A stretch of DNA of 57,649 nucleotides from Patescibacteria group bacterium (GTDB lineage Bacteria; Patescibacteriota; Microgenomatia; Levybacterales; GWA1-39-11), in contig DASZRC010000038.1 in the NCBI GenBank assembly GCA_035549315.1, positions 1 to 57,649 of the forward strand, read 5' to 3'. A model generated the notes under the pieces. It saw only the letters and a list, made by a program, of their open reading frames with translations, did not search any database and had not been told where the DNA came from. This document shows positions 31,291 to 39,837 of this stretch, in pieces (positions within the stretch are counted from its first letter, which is position 1; the number at the start of each line of letters is the position of its first letter). The position numbers and the translations under genes were made by a program.

Positions 31291-32691
31291 TTATAAAATT
31301 CTCCTTTCTTGGGTTTGTTCATATGCATGTCCCACTTGGAATAGTAATTTTTCAGAAAATTGAGAACCCAATATTTGGAAGCCGGTTGGTAGGTCTCCAA
31401 TAAAGCCGGATGGTACAGCAAGTCCGGGAACTCCGGCAATGTTTGTTGTTACGGTTAGTGCATCAGACAAATACATTGCAAGCGGATCTCCCATTTTTTC
31501 TCCAAACTTCCAGGGTGGAGTAGGAGAAACGGGGGTTATTATTACATCAATTTTTTTGTATGCTTCTTCAAAATCACGGCGAACCAATGTTCTTACTTGC
31601 TGAGCTTTTTTATAATATGCATCATAATATCCGGAAGATAGAGTAAAGGTCCCAAGGATTATTCTGCGAATTGCTTCATCTCCAAAATGAGATCTAGTTT
31701 TTCCATAACGAATTCCATCATAGCGTGCTAGATTTGATGAAACCTCTGATGGCTGAATTATGTAATAACAAGCAATCCCGTATTCTGTATTAGGGAGAGA
31801 TATCTCAACAATTTCTGCTCCAAGTGATTCATATTGTTTTTTAACCTTCTCGAAATTTTCTTTAACCTCTGGAGCTAATCCCTTTTCAACATATTCCTTT
31901 GGAACACCAATTTTAAGTCCCTTAACTCCATTATTTATTCCTTCTAGATAGTTTTCTGTTTTATGTTTTGGATTGATTGTGGTGGCATCCATAGGATCAT
32001 TTCCTGCCGTGACAGATAGATATATGGCTGAATCCTCAACTGTTTTTGTAAAGTGCCCTATGGTATCAAGAGATGATGCCATAGCAATTACTCCATAGCG
32101 GCTCACCAATCCGTAGGTTGGTTTAAGCCCAACTGTATTTGTAAAAGAGGCGGGTAGTCTTATTGATCCTCCGGTATCGGTTCCGGATGCGGCAACTGCC
32201 ATATTTGCAGCAACAGAAGCTGCTGATCCCGAACTTGATCCTCCCGGTACGTAATCTTTATTCCAAGGGTTTTTGGTTGGCCCAAAGTCTGAATTTTCTC
32301 CGCTTGACCCATGTGCCCATGCATCAAGGTTTGTCTTCCCTAGGTTTACAATCCCTGCATTTTTTAGTTTTGTAACTGCGGTTCCATCATATTGCGCAAT
32401 ATAGTCTCTTAATACATTTGAAGCAGCGGTTGTCCTCATGCCTTTAGTCATAAAAATATCTTTAAGGGCCATGGGGATTCCAAGGAGGGGTAAATCTTGG
32501 CCGTCAGCAATTAGCTTATCAGCGTTTTTGGCTTCTTCAATTGCTTTATCATTAATAGTTATGAAAGCGTTAAGATCCGGGTTAAGTTTTTCTATTTGGT
32601 CAAGATAGCCTTGGGTGAGTTCTGCTGAAGAAAACTTCTTTTCTTTAAGTCCAACTCGTGCTTCTTTAATTGTTAATTCATTTAATTTCAT
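31291..32691 (-). CDS. gatA: Asp/Glu-tRNA amidotransferase subunit A (amidase signature)
   Basis: 466 aa. Amidase signature [12 protein letters not shown]...[12 protein letters not shown]. Confidence 0.95.
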   Translation of the reverse strand: MKLNELTIKEARVGLKEKKFSSAELTQGYLDQIEKLNPDLNAFITINDKAIEEAKNADKLIADGQDLPLLGIPMALKDIFMTKGMRTTAASNVLRDYIAQYDGTAVTKLKNAGIVNLGKTNLDAWAHGSSGENSDFGPTKNPWNKDYVPGGSSSGSAASVAANMAVAASGTDTGGSIRLPASFTNTVGLKPTYGLVSRYGVIAMASSLDTIGHFTKTVEDSAIYLSVTAGNDPMDATTINPKHKTENYLEGINNGVKGLKIGVPKEYVEKGLAPEVKENFEKVKKQYESLGAEIVEISLPNTEYGIACYYIIQPSEVSSNLARYDGIRYGKTRSHFGDEAIRRIILGTFTLSSGYYDAYYKKAQQVRTLVRRDFEEAYKKIDVIITPVSPTPPWKFGEKMGDPLAMYLSDALTVTTNIAGVPGLAVPSGFIGDLPTGFQILGSQFSEKLLFQVGHAYEQTQERRIL

Positions 32692-33122
32692 AATTTTATT
32701 TCTACACGACCGTCTACTTTTGCGTGTGGATCGTTAATGAATATATGTTCTGGAGTTATTTTATAAATTCTATATGGTGATTTCATTAAGCCTTCGATAT
32801 CTGTTGATACAAAGACGGATTTATAGTATTGAAGGGCATGTTCATATTCTGAGTTTTCTAATAATTCAGCCTTACCATCTACTTGTATGCCGTTTCCTTG
32901 TCCCTCTGGTACCGTGGAGTTGTATATTGCAAATGAGACCTTTGGGTTTCCATCTATATTTGAACAGTGTTTTGATGATGGTATAGAAACAAAGTAAAAA
33001 ATGTAATTTCCGTCAACTCCATAATGGACAGGAGAAGCCCACGGTTTTGTACCCTCGCTTGTGGCCAACGCCAAATATTCATTGTCTCTTATGATTTTTT
33101 TTGCCAATTCTTCTAATTTCAT
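32688..33122 (-). CDS. pyridoxamine 5'-phosphate oxidase-family (FMN-binding split-barrel) protein
   Basis: 144 aa. LALATSEGTKPWASPVHYGVDGNYIFYFVS is typical of the PNPOx-like family. 4-nt overlaps with both neighbours. Confidence 0.65.
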   Translation of the reverse strand: MKLEELAKKIIRDNEYLALATSEGTKPWASPVHYGVDGNYIFYFVSIPSSKHCSNIDGNPKVSFAIYNSTVPEGQGNGIQVDGKAELLENSEYEHALQYYKSVFVSTDIEGLMKSPYRIYKITPEHIFINDPHAKVDGRVEIKL

Positions 33123-33625
33123 ATTGCTTTTAACATTGATATTTTATCGTTTACATACCCTTGTTTTAGATAAAGCCTGTGTGCCCTTACATTTGGCCCA
33201 AAAACATCTAGTTCTGCATGAGTACATCCTTTTTCTTTAAAATACTTTTCGGCTTGTTTGATTAGCATTTCTCCAATTCCCTTATTTCTATATTTTGAAG
33301 TTACAAAAAGAGATTCTAGGTGGCCCAATTTCATTGGCATTGTTGATAGTGCTTCTTCAGGGGTTTGATTTCTTAGAAATGTAGCAGCAAACCCAACAAT
33401 TACATTATCAATTTCTGCTACGTACATTATTCCAGAGCGGTTTTTGATATACCTAAATACTTTATCCAAATAATGCTTGGAAATAGCATTAAAATCCTGG
33501 TTCTCCCTTTTCCAAGGATCAATCGGTTCAAAGAATTTTGAGAATTCCATCATCAAAATTTTGATTTGTTCGCGGTCGCTCGCTTTATATTCTCTAATGT
33601 TTGTTTTGGATAAATCTTTATTCAT
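33119..33625 (-). CDS. GNAT-family N-acetyltransferase
   Basis: 168 aa. Acetyl-CoA motif A (YRNKGIGEMLIKQAE). Confidence 0.8.
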   Translation of the reverse strand: MNKDLSKTNIREYKASDREQIKILMMEFSKFFEPIDPWKRENQDFNAISKHYLDKVFRYIKNRSGIMYVAEIDNVIVGFAATFLRNQTPEEALSTMPMKLGHLESLFVTSKYRNKGIGEMLIKQAEKYFKEKGCTHAELDVFGPNVRAHRLYLKQGYVNDKISMLKAI

Positions 33626-33638
33626 TAATCTTTACTCC

Positions 33639-33923
33639 TTATTCTTCCGCAAGGATTGCCGGAACTTTAAAAAATCCGTTGTTTTTGTCTTTTGTACCAG
33701 ACAGTGCTTCTTCTTGAGTAAGGGCGGGAGTAGTTGTGTCGGCTCGGGTAACATTTTCTAGCCCTGTTACTTGGGAGGTTATTGGTACATCTTTTGTGTC
33801 AGCCTCATTTAGTTTGTCTATATAACCAACAATTTCATTAAGTTGTTTTTCAAATTTGGGAAGGTCTTCCTCTTTTATGCTTAAGTTCGCCAATTTAGCC
33901 ACCTTTTTAACATCTATTTTCAT
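33639..33923 (-). CDS. gatC: Asp/Glu-tRNA amidotransferase subunit C
   Basis: 94 aa. VKKVAKLANLSIKEEDLPKFEKQLNEIVGYIDKLNEADT is canonical GatC. Confidence 0.9.
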   Translation of the reverse strand: MKIDVKKVAKLANLSIKEEDLPKFEKQLNEIVGYIDKLNEADTKDVPITSQVTGLENVTRADTTTPALTQEEALSGTKDKNNGFFKVPAILAEE

Positions 33924-33929
33924 ACAGCT

Positions 33930-33958
33930 ATTATATTTTGTTTAGTGGCCTTAAACAA
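33930..33958 (-). promoter_or_regulatory. sigma70-like promoter of gatC (leaderless geometry)
   Basis: On the minus strand: TTGTTT (33958-33953), 17-nt spacer, TATAAT (33935-33930). The ATG at 33923 is 6 nt downstream. Confidence 0.5.
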
Positions 33959-33971
33959 GCTTCAAATGGGC

Positions 33972-34000
33972 TTGATTTTATAATAATCCTATAATATAAT
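33972..34000 (+). promoter_or_regulatory. sigma70-like promoter of the 34009 gene (leaderless geometry)
   Basis: TTGATT (33972-33977), 17-nt spacer, TATAAT (33995-34000). ATG 34009 is 8 nt downstream. The listed GTG 34003 is only 2 nt from the -10. Confidence 0.5.
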
Positions 34001-34008
34001 ACGTGACT

Positions 34009-34647
34009 ATGACTTTTCCACGAGAGGCAGCAATTATTGGTTTAAATCAAGAACACAGTGAAGACATGCATGTGGTTCTACCTGTTGGTGAAAGGCAAGG
34101 TTCTGTAGGTGTTCGTTTAAACGTGCCTTTTACAGTTCAACCACGAAGGGATTTTACGAGAACAATAGGTACTGATTTACACAAAGGATATCCGTACGGG
34201 TCTATTAGAGGTGTTTCAATTCCTCTTATTGGTGTAGGTGAGGAGCAAGGAAAAGTGGAGATAAGGGAAGAGTTTAGGGTAAGGGCAATAAGGGAGAACG
34301 AACAACTTCTACTTCCCGGGGGAGAACCATGCTACGATTTTTATATGGATCCCAAAACAGGTAAAACCGTGGCTCGTGCGCTTCCAATATCAATTGGTTT
34401 GACGTTTGGACCTTTTACAAATGATGAAATTAACTCTGGAGATGTAAGTTTTTCAATTTTGTTCTACGGAAAGGAATTTAGAGCGCATGCAGTATCGGTT
34501 CCATTCTTGCAGAGCAAGAGGAGACTATTAACTGCTCTTGACACATGGGAAGATGTTGATAAAAAAGTATCGGGCCCAATGGTTTTTCCATCAGGGGTAG
34601 ATTTCAGGAAAATTCAGCTTGTTATCAATAAAAATACTAAAAGTTAA
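34009..34647 (+). CDS. hypothetical protein
   Basis: The listed ORF runs 34003..34647 with a GTG start. ATG 34009 is preferred from the promoter geometry. No recognisable motif. Confidence 0.55.
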   Translation: MTFPREAAIIGLNQEHSEDMHVVLPVGERQGSVGVRLNVPFTVQPRRDFTRTIGTDLHKGYPYGSIRGVSIPLIGVGEEQGKVEIREEFRVRAIRENEQLLLPGGEPCYDFYMDPKTGKTVARALPISIGLTFGPFTNDEINSGDVSFSILFYGKEFRAHAVSVPFLQSKRRLLTALDTWEDVDKKVSGPMVFPSGVDFRKIQLVINKNTKS

Positions 34648-34655
34648 CTGAGAAT

Positions 34656-35699
34656 TTAGAGGCTTGCACTTAGCTCTCCTGCATATGAACGTAGTAGGCC
34701 TTGTTTTACTTTTTCATTAGAATAAATACTTTGTGCCAATAGCCACATAAGTTTCACCTCTGTCATTACATCTGTTAAATCTCCCGCCGGTATGGCTCCG
34801 GCTTCAACTGCAAGAACCGCACATTCATCATTTATTTCTTTAATAGTATTTCCGCCTAAGAATTTCGTTGCTACAATTACCGGAATTTTATATTCATTAA
34901 CAACCTTTTTAATAAATGGTAAATATGAGTATTCGCCTTCGGTTGGTACCGACCCGGCTCCAAAGCTTTTGAGAATTACTCCCTTACAGGCTCCGGATGT
35001 AATTAAATGCTCAATCATAGAGGGAAGCTGTCCGGGTGTTAAATCTAGGCTTACGATTTTTGTATTGAAGTGGGGTCTTAAGTTAAGCTTCGCCTTTGGA
35101 TTAAATGATTTTACAAGACTTTGGTTAAAATGTACTCCTGTTGAGGTGATTGTTGCAAGTGGCGGGAAAGCAGGAGATTTAAATGCGTCGAACGCAGACT
35201 CAGAAACTTTTACGGTTCTTGATCCCCTAAGGACTTCGTCGGCAAAAACTACCATAACTTCGGCTATATTTAGATCAGATGCAACTACAGCCGTTTTTAT
35301 GGCATTCTCAAAGTTAAATCTCGCATCATTTCCATAAACCGAAAGAGGAAGTTGTGAACCTGTAACAATAATGGGTTTCTTAAGACCATCTCCGAAGGCA
35401 AGAGATAAAGCAGATGCAGTGTAAGCGAGAGTGTTGGTTCCATGAGTTATAACAAACGCATCATAGCTATCTTGCTGGTCTGCAATGAAAAAAGCTAACT
35501 TAGTCCAATCATCTGGGGTTACATTTGTAGAGTCTTTATTTGTAAGTATTTCAAGTTTTACGTCGGCTACATCGCTGAGTTTTGGTACCAGCTTCAGTAT
35601 TTCACTTATGTTTTTTGCAGGAACAACGGATTTTCGCTTTTCATCAACAACCATCATAATAGTTCCGCCGTATCCAATAACTAAAACCTTTTTTAACAT
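34656..35699 (-). CDS. ansA: type I L-asparaginase
   Basis: 347 aa. Catalytic motifs VIGYGGTIMM (GGTI) and ITHGTNTLAYTA (HGTDT-like). Confidence 0.85.
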   Translation of the reverse strand: MLKKVLVIGYGGTIMMVVDEKRKSVVPAKNISEILKLVPKLSDVADVKLEILTNKDSTNVTPDDWTKLAFFIADQQDSYDAFVITHGTNTLAYTASALSLAFGDGLKKPIIVTGSQLPLSVYGNDARFNFENAIKTAVVASDLNIAEVMVVFADEVLRGSRTVKVSESAFDAFKSPAFPPLATITSTGVHFNQSLVKSFNPKAKLNLRPHFNTKIVSLDLTPGQLPSMIEHLITSGACKGVILKSFGAGSVPTEGEYSYLPFIKKVVNEYKIPVIVATKFLGGNTIKEINDECAVLAVEAGAIPAGDLTDVMTEVKLMWLLAQSIYSNEKVKQGLLRSYAGELSASL

Positions 35700-35737
35700 A
35701 CGCTGATTTTACAATATATTATGGCTAAATAGAAGTA

Positions 35738-36496
35738 TTAAGCAAGTTTCGCCAAAATTGTTTCTCTTGCCATAAGTTCCGTTGCATCATCCAACGGTTC
35801 CAATTTAAATTTTTCTTTATACTTTTTTTCTAGAGCTAGAGTTAACAATAAATCTGCTAATTGCGGATTCTTAGGCAATATTGGGCCATGTAAGTAAGTT
35901 CCAAAAGAGTTTTTGTAATGAATCCCCTCGGTTTTATCTTCCCCATTATTTCCAAATCCTTTTTCTACTGTGCCTAAAGCCATAGACTTATCCTCTATGT
36001 AGGTTCTTCCTCCATGATTTTCAAAACCTATAAGCTTGGATGTTAGATCGTGGATATTAGATTCTGGATTGATTATTACATTTCCAATAAGTCTTTCTGC
36101 TTTTGCTCCTGGGTTTTCAGTATAAAGAGGGAAAACTCCAAGCCCTGGAATTTCTGTACCATCAGCAGTTTTGTAATAGCGCCCAAGAAATTGATAAGCA
36201 CCACATATATATAGCCCGGGAATTCCATTTTCTATCTTTTCTACCAAAACTTTCCCCTTTTTGTCGTTGAGATCTTGAGCAACAATTTCTTGCTGTGTGT
36301 CTTGTGCGCCCCCCATAAAGATTAGATCGCAGTTGGCGAGTCGTTCTTCGTCAGTCGATAAATAAATTTCTTCAACTTTTACATCAATTCCACGCCATTC
36401 TGCTCGCTTTTTAAGAACAATTATATTTCCGCGGTCTCCATAGGTATTCATGAGATCCGGATATAACCAAGCAATGTTTATTGATAGTTTCTTCAT
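35738..36496 (-). CDS. gatD: lipid II isoglutaminyl synthase glutaminase subunit (CobQ-type GATase)
   Basis: 252 aa. N-terminus INIAWLYPDLMNTYGDRGN, plus catalytic Cys context (GLYICGAYQFLG). 4-nt overlap with murT. Confidence 0.8.
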   Translation of the reverse strand: MKKLSINIAWLYPDLMNTYGDRGNIIVLKKRAEWRGIDVKVEEIYLSTDEERLANCDLIFMGGAQDTQQEIVAQDLNDKKGKVLVEKIENGIPGLYICGAYQFLGRYYKTADGTEIPGLGVFPLYTENPGAKAERLIGNVIINPESNIHDLTSKLIGFENHGGRTYIEDKSMALGTVEKGFGNNGEDKTEGIHYKNSFGTYLHGPILPKNPQLADLLLTLALEKKYKEKFKLEPLDDATELMARETILAKLA

Positions 36497-37878
36497 AATA
36501 TTGCCTTTCCTGTAAGTATTTTTCTTGCCTCAAGCATGGCAGAGTAGGTAGGGAAAATAAATAAAGTTTCTTCAGGTTTTGTTGCAGCAATTGCCTGGTC
36601 AATTGAGTTTTCTAAGCCTTGGAAAATGTTGGTATCAAGCTTTCTGTCGCCCAAATATTTAATTCGGAGTCCCATGTCATAAGCTCGATCTCCGGATATA
36701 AAAATTTCATATTGTTTTGGTATGTTTTCAAAATCAACGTCCCAGATCCATGAGACATCACGTCCATCAGGAATTCTGTCATTTAAAAGAAGAAGTACGT
36801 TTCCTTCTTTCTTTGAATCAATCATTGCACCAATTGACTGATTAAATCCTGCAGGATTTTTGGAAAGAAGCATGATAACTTCACGATTCTTGTATTTTAT
36901 TGTTTCTTGTCTTCCAAAAGCAGGTTTGAAATCTTCCAAGGCTTTATGGACAGTGTCTTTGCCTACGTTAAAAGCAATGGAAGCGAGTAGAACGGCAGCA
37001 TTTGTATTGTAAATATTGTAGAGACCAAGTAGTGGATGGGGAAGGGTAGGAAAAGTTTTGGTTTCGGGATTTGTAAGTTTACATTTAGGACAAGAAAAGC
37101 GGCCCATATGAGAGAAAGAAATCTTTGAGTATTTAAGTTTTGTTTGGCAATTAGGGCAATAGGTAAAGTCAGTATCAGTTTTTAGATCTTGGTTTTTAGA
37201 TCTTGGATTAAGACCTTGTGTCATTAGCTTTTCTTCTACTCCAAAGTAATATGAGGTTAGTTTTGATTTTTGAGCTACATAAGTTAACTCCGGATCGTCA
37301 CCGTTTGTAACAAGGATTGTTTTGGAATCAAGTTTTCCCAAGGCTTCTTGCCAGTCACCTATAACTTGGTTTACTTCCCCATAACGATCAAGCTGATCTC
37401 TGAAAATATTAAGAAGCATGATTGCATACGGGTTTATTTCCTTAAGGGTTAATGAAACATTCCTTTCATCAACTTCAAAGATAGCTACATCATATTTTAT
37501 CTTTCCAAATAATGAACAGTTAGTAATTACCGTTGAGGCAATACCATTAAGCAGATTTGCTCCTGCTTCATTTTGAAAAACTTTTAGTCCCGCTTCTTCC
37601 AATATTTTTCTAAGCATAAGAGAGGTGGTGGTTTTTCCATTGGTTCCTGCAACCAAGACTACTTTGAGGTTTGGATTTTTTTTAAGGACTTGTTTTACAA
37701 AACGGGGGTTTGTTTCCATTGCCACATGTCCTGGCCACGTTGAACCGGAGCCAAGATTGAAAGTTTTACTAATCCATAAGACTAGCTTTCCAAGGAGAAT
37801 TAAAAGATAGTTCATTATTCGATTATAGCAGGGATACAACACTTCGCTAAAGCTCAATGTGGTTTCTAACGAAATCAC
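36493..37878 (-). CDS. murT: lipid II isoglutaminyl synthase, Mur-ligase-like subunit MurT
   Basis: Mur ligase P-loop (VAGTNGKTTT), a Cys4 ribbon (CPNCQTKL...FSCPKCKL) and the DUF1727-like C-terminus (DGRDVSWIWDVDFE). The GTG 37878 start overlaps the htpX stop (GTGA). An alternative ATG at 37815 gives MNYLLILLGK. Confidence 0.85.
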   Translation of the reverse strand: MISLETTLSFSEVLYPCYNRIMNYLLILLGKLVLWISKTFNLGSGSTWPGHVAMETNPRFVKQVLKKNPNLKVVLVAGTNGKTTTSLMLRKILEEAGLKVFQNEAGANLLNGIASTVITNCSLFGKIKYDVAIFEVDERNVSLTLKEINPYAIMLLNIFRDQLDRYGEVNQVIGDWQEALGKLDSKTILVTNGDDPELTYVAQKSKLTSYYFGVEEKLMTQGLNPRSKNQDLKTDTDFTYCPNCQTKLKYSKISFSHMGRFSCPKCKLTNPETKTFPTLPHPLLGLYNIYNTNAAVLLASIAFNVGKDTVHKALEDFKPAFGRQETIKYKNREVIMLLSKNPAGFNQSIGAMIDSKKEGNVLLLLNDRIPDGRDVSWIWDVDFENIPKQYEIFISGDRAYDMGLRIKYLGDRKLDTNIFQGLENSIDQAIAATKPEETLFIFPTYSAMLEARKILTGKAIL

Positions 37879-38777
37879 ATATCTCTCAATATCTTAATCC
37901 TCTCTTCTATTGGTGGGTGAGTAGAGAATAGGTTGGTTAAGAAGTTTCCTTTATTTTTCCCTGTGTCTGCTTTGTAAGGATTCTCAATATATAGATGCGC
38001 GGTTCCTGTATTTGCATGTTTTAGGGGGCGGGGGTAGTCTGCAATTTTTTCCAGTGCGTCAGCAAGACCATCGGGATATCTGGTAATTAGAGCTCCGTCT
38101 GCGTCTGCTAAGTATTCGCGTCTACGCGATACTGCCAGTTGAATTAAGGTAGCAATAATTGGAGCAAGAATAGCCGCTATTATTCCCAATATTAAAAATA
38201 TTTGGTTAGATGATCTATCATCATCGCTATCTCTAAACCACATGGAGCGCATAAATACATTGGCAAGAATCGCTATTGATCCAACCAATATTGCCACTAC
38301 GCCCATAAGTCTTGTGTCATAGTTTTTAACATGGGACATTTCATGAGCTATAACACCTTCAAGCTCTGCAGGCTTCAACTTATCCAGGAGTCCGGTAGTT
38401 GCAGCAATGGCTGCATGTTTTGGATCTCTTCCGGTAGCAAAAGCATTTGGGGATGGATCTTCTACTACATACACTTTTGGCATAGGAAGGCCAGTAGCAA
38501 TTGATAAATTTTCTACCGCTGTATATAGGCCTCTGTAATGCTCTTTGTCAGCAGGTTTTGCTCCATTGATTGATAAAACAATTTTATCTGAGTTGTAGTA
38601 GGAAATAAATGAAAAGGCCGCAGAAATAAATAGCATTACGATTGCCCAGGATCTACCATATCCAAAAGCTACTCCAAGAACATATGAAACCGTAAAGAAG
38701 AACAAAATAAAAAGAATCATTATGATCCACGTTTTCGTTTTGTTCGATGATATTTGATTGTAGATAGTACCTGCCAT
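37875..38777 (-). CDS. htpX: M48 zinc metalloprotease HtpX
   Basis: 300 aa, TM helices, HEMSH zinc motif. Confidence 0.9.
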   Translation of the reverse strand: MAGTIYNQISSNKTKTWIIMILFILFFFTVSYVLGVAFGYGRSWAIVMLFISAAFSFISYYNSDKIVLSINGAKPADKEHYRGLYTAVENLSIATGLPMPKVYVVEDPSPNAFATGRDPKHAAIAATTGLLDKLKPAELEGVIAHEMSHVKNYDTRLMGVVAILVGSIAILANVFMRSMWFRDSDDDRSSNQIFLILGIIAAILAPIIATLIQLAVSRRREYLADADGALITRYPDGLADALEKIADYPRPLKHANTGTAHLYIENPYKADTGKNKGNFLTNLFSTHPPIEERIKILRDM

Positions 38778-38792
38778 AAGTTATGTGATTCG

Positions 38793-39176
38793 CTATTCGT
38801 TTTTCGTATTTCGAAGAGAAGCTTGAAATTTGCTTATCATTCTAGAAATCTTATTCAGTTGTTCATATATTATACTAAATTCACTTTCGGATATTAAATT
38901 TTGTTGCTTACAAATATCTATTATCGCTACGCATTCAAAACAAGATCCTTTGGCTAAACTCAAAAAATGAGCAAAATCTTTTTTGGTTCTTGCTGAGCCC
39001 TCAGCAATATTCAAAGCAATAGACGTAGAGGCCCTTCTCAATTGATTTGTAAGACCAAACATTTCCTCTTTGGGAAATTTTTTGCTGATCTGGTAAGTGA
39101 GGTTAACTATCTTTATAGATTCTTGATAAACATTCAGTCGTTCGAATCCAAATTTCTCATAAACGAACTGCGACAT
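38793..39176 (-). CDS. four-helix-bundle protein (23S rRNA intervening-sequence protein / Avd-like family)
   Basis: 127 aa. Family-typical FKFERLNVYQ-like N-terminus (FGFERLNVYQES), QLRRASTSIALNIAEG and GSCFEC. Confidence 0.8.
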   Translation of the reverse strand: MSQFVYEKFGFERLNVYQESIKIVNLTYQISKKFPKEEMFGLTNQLRRASTSIALNIAEGSARTKKDFAHFLSLAKGSCFECVAIIDICKQQNLISESEFSIIYEQLNKISRMISKFQASLRNTKNE

Positions 39177-39195
39177 ACTAACTACAAACTACTTA

Positions 39196-39789
39196 TTAGA
39201 ACTTAACTTTAACTTCTTTCTTTTCGTCCTCTGTAGCTGCGAAGAACTCCATTTCTTTAAAGCCCATTTGGTTTGCTATAAATACTGCCGGAAACTTTTT
39301 AATAGTTGTGTTGTAATCAAGAACATTTGCATTGTAGAACTGACGAGAATAAGAAACCTTGTTTTCAGTATCTGTAAGTTCTTGTTGAAGATCTAAAAAG
39401 TTTTGGCTTGCTTTAAGATCAGGATAACTTTCTGCTATAGCAAAAACCGATTTAAGAGCCTCTGTAATTTGATTATTAGCTTTTGCTTTATCTTGTAAGG
39501 TATCGGCTTTAAGCAAGCTTGCACGAGCCTTTGTAACATCTTCTAATACATCTTTTTCATGTTTTGCATATCCTTTTACAGTTTCTACAAGGTTAGGAAT
39601 TAGGTCAGCTCTTCTTTTGAGTTGGATATCAATTTGGGAGAGTGCTTCTTTTATTCTTTCACGAAGTACTACGAGGTTGTTGTAGGTAAACCAAAGATAA
39701 ACGAGAATTATTAAAAGTATTATTCCTATTATTAGGGGAGTGCTCATGTTGAATATATTTTCCCACAAACTATAGATTAAGTCAAACAA
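39196..39789 (-). CDS. lemA: LemA family membrane protein
   Basis: 197 aa. N-terminal TM helix, [43 protein letters not shown]. Confidence 0.9.
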   Translation of the reverse strand: MFDLIYSLWENIFNMSTPLIIGIILLIILVYLWFTYNNLVVLRERIKEALSQIDIQLKRRADLIPNLVETVKGYAKHEKDVLEDVTKARASLLKADTLQDKAKANNQITEALKSVFAIAESYPDLKASQNFLDLQQELTDTENKVSYSRQFYNANVLDYNTTIKKFPAVFIANQMGFKEMEFFAATEDEKKEVKVKF

Positions 39790-39837
39790 ATGTAAGAAAA
39801 GTAATTGGAAGTTTGGTTGTTAGTATTTCGTAAACAA

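Noticed and set aside
34656-35699. An archaeal-type GatD (Glu-tRNA-Gln amidotransferase subunit) because of its proximity to gatCAB
   Set aside because: At 347 aa it has only the two asparaginase domains and lacks the extra N-terminal domain of GatD. No gatE is present, and a complete gatCAB is. A plain type I asparaginase is the better call.
38793-39176. A diversity-generating retroelement, because the four-helix-bundle protein is Avd-like
   Set aside because: I found no reverse transcriptase ORF and no template/variable repeat pair in this window.
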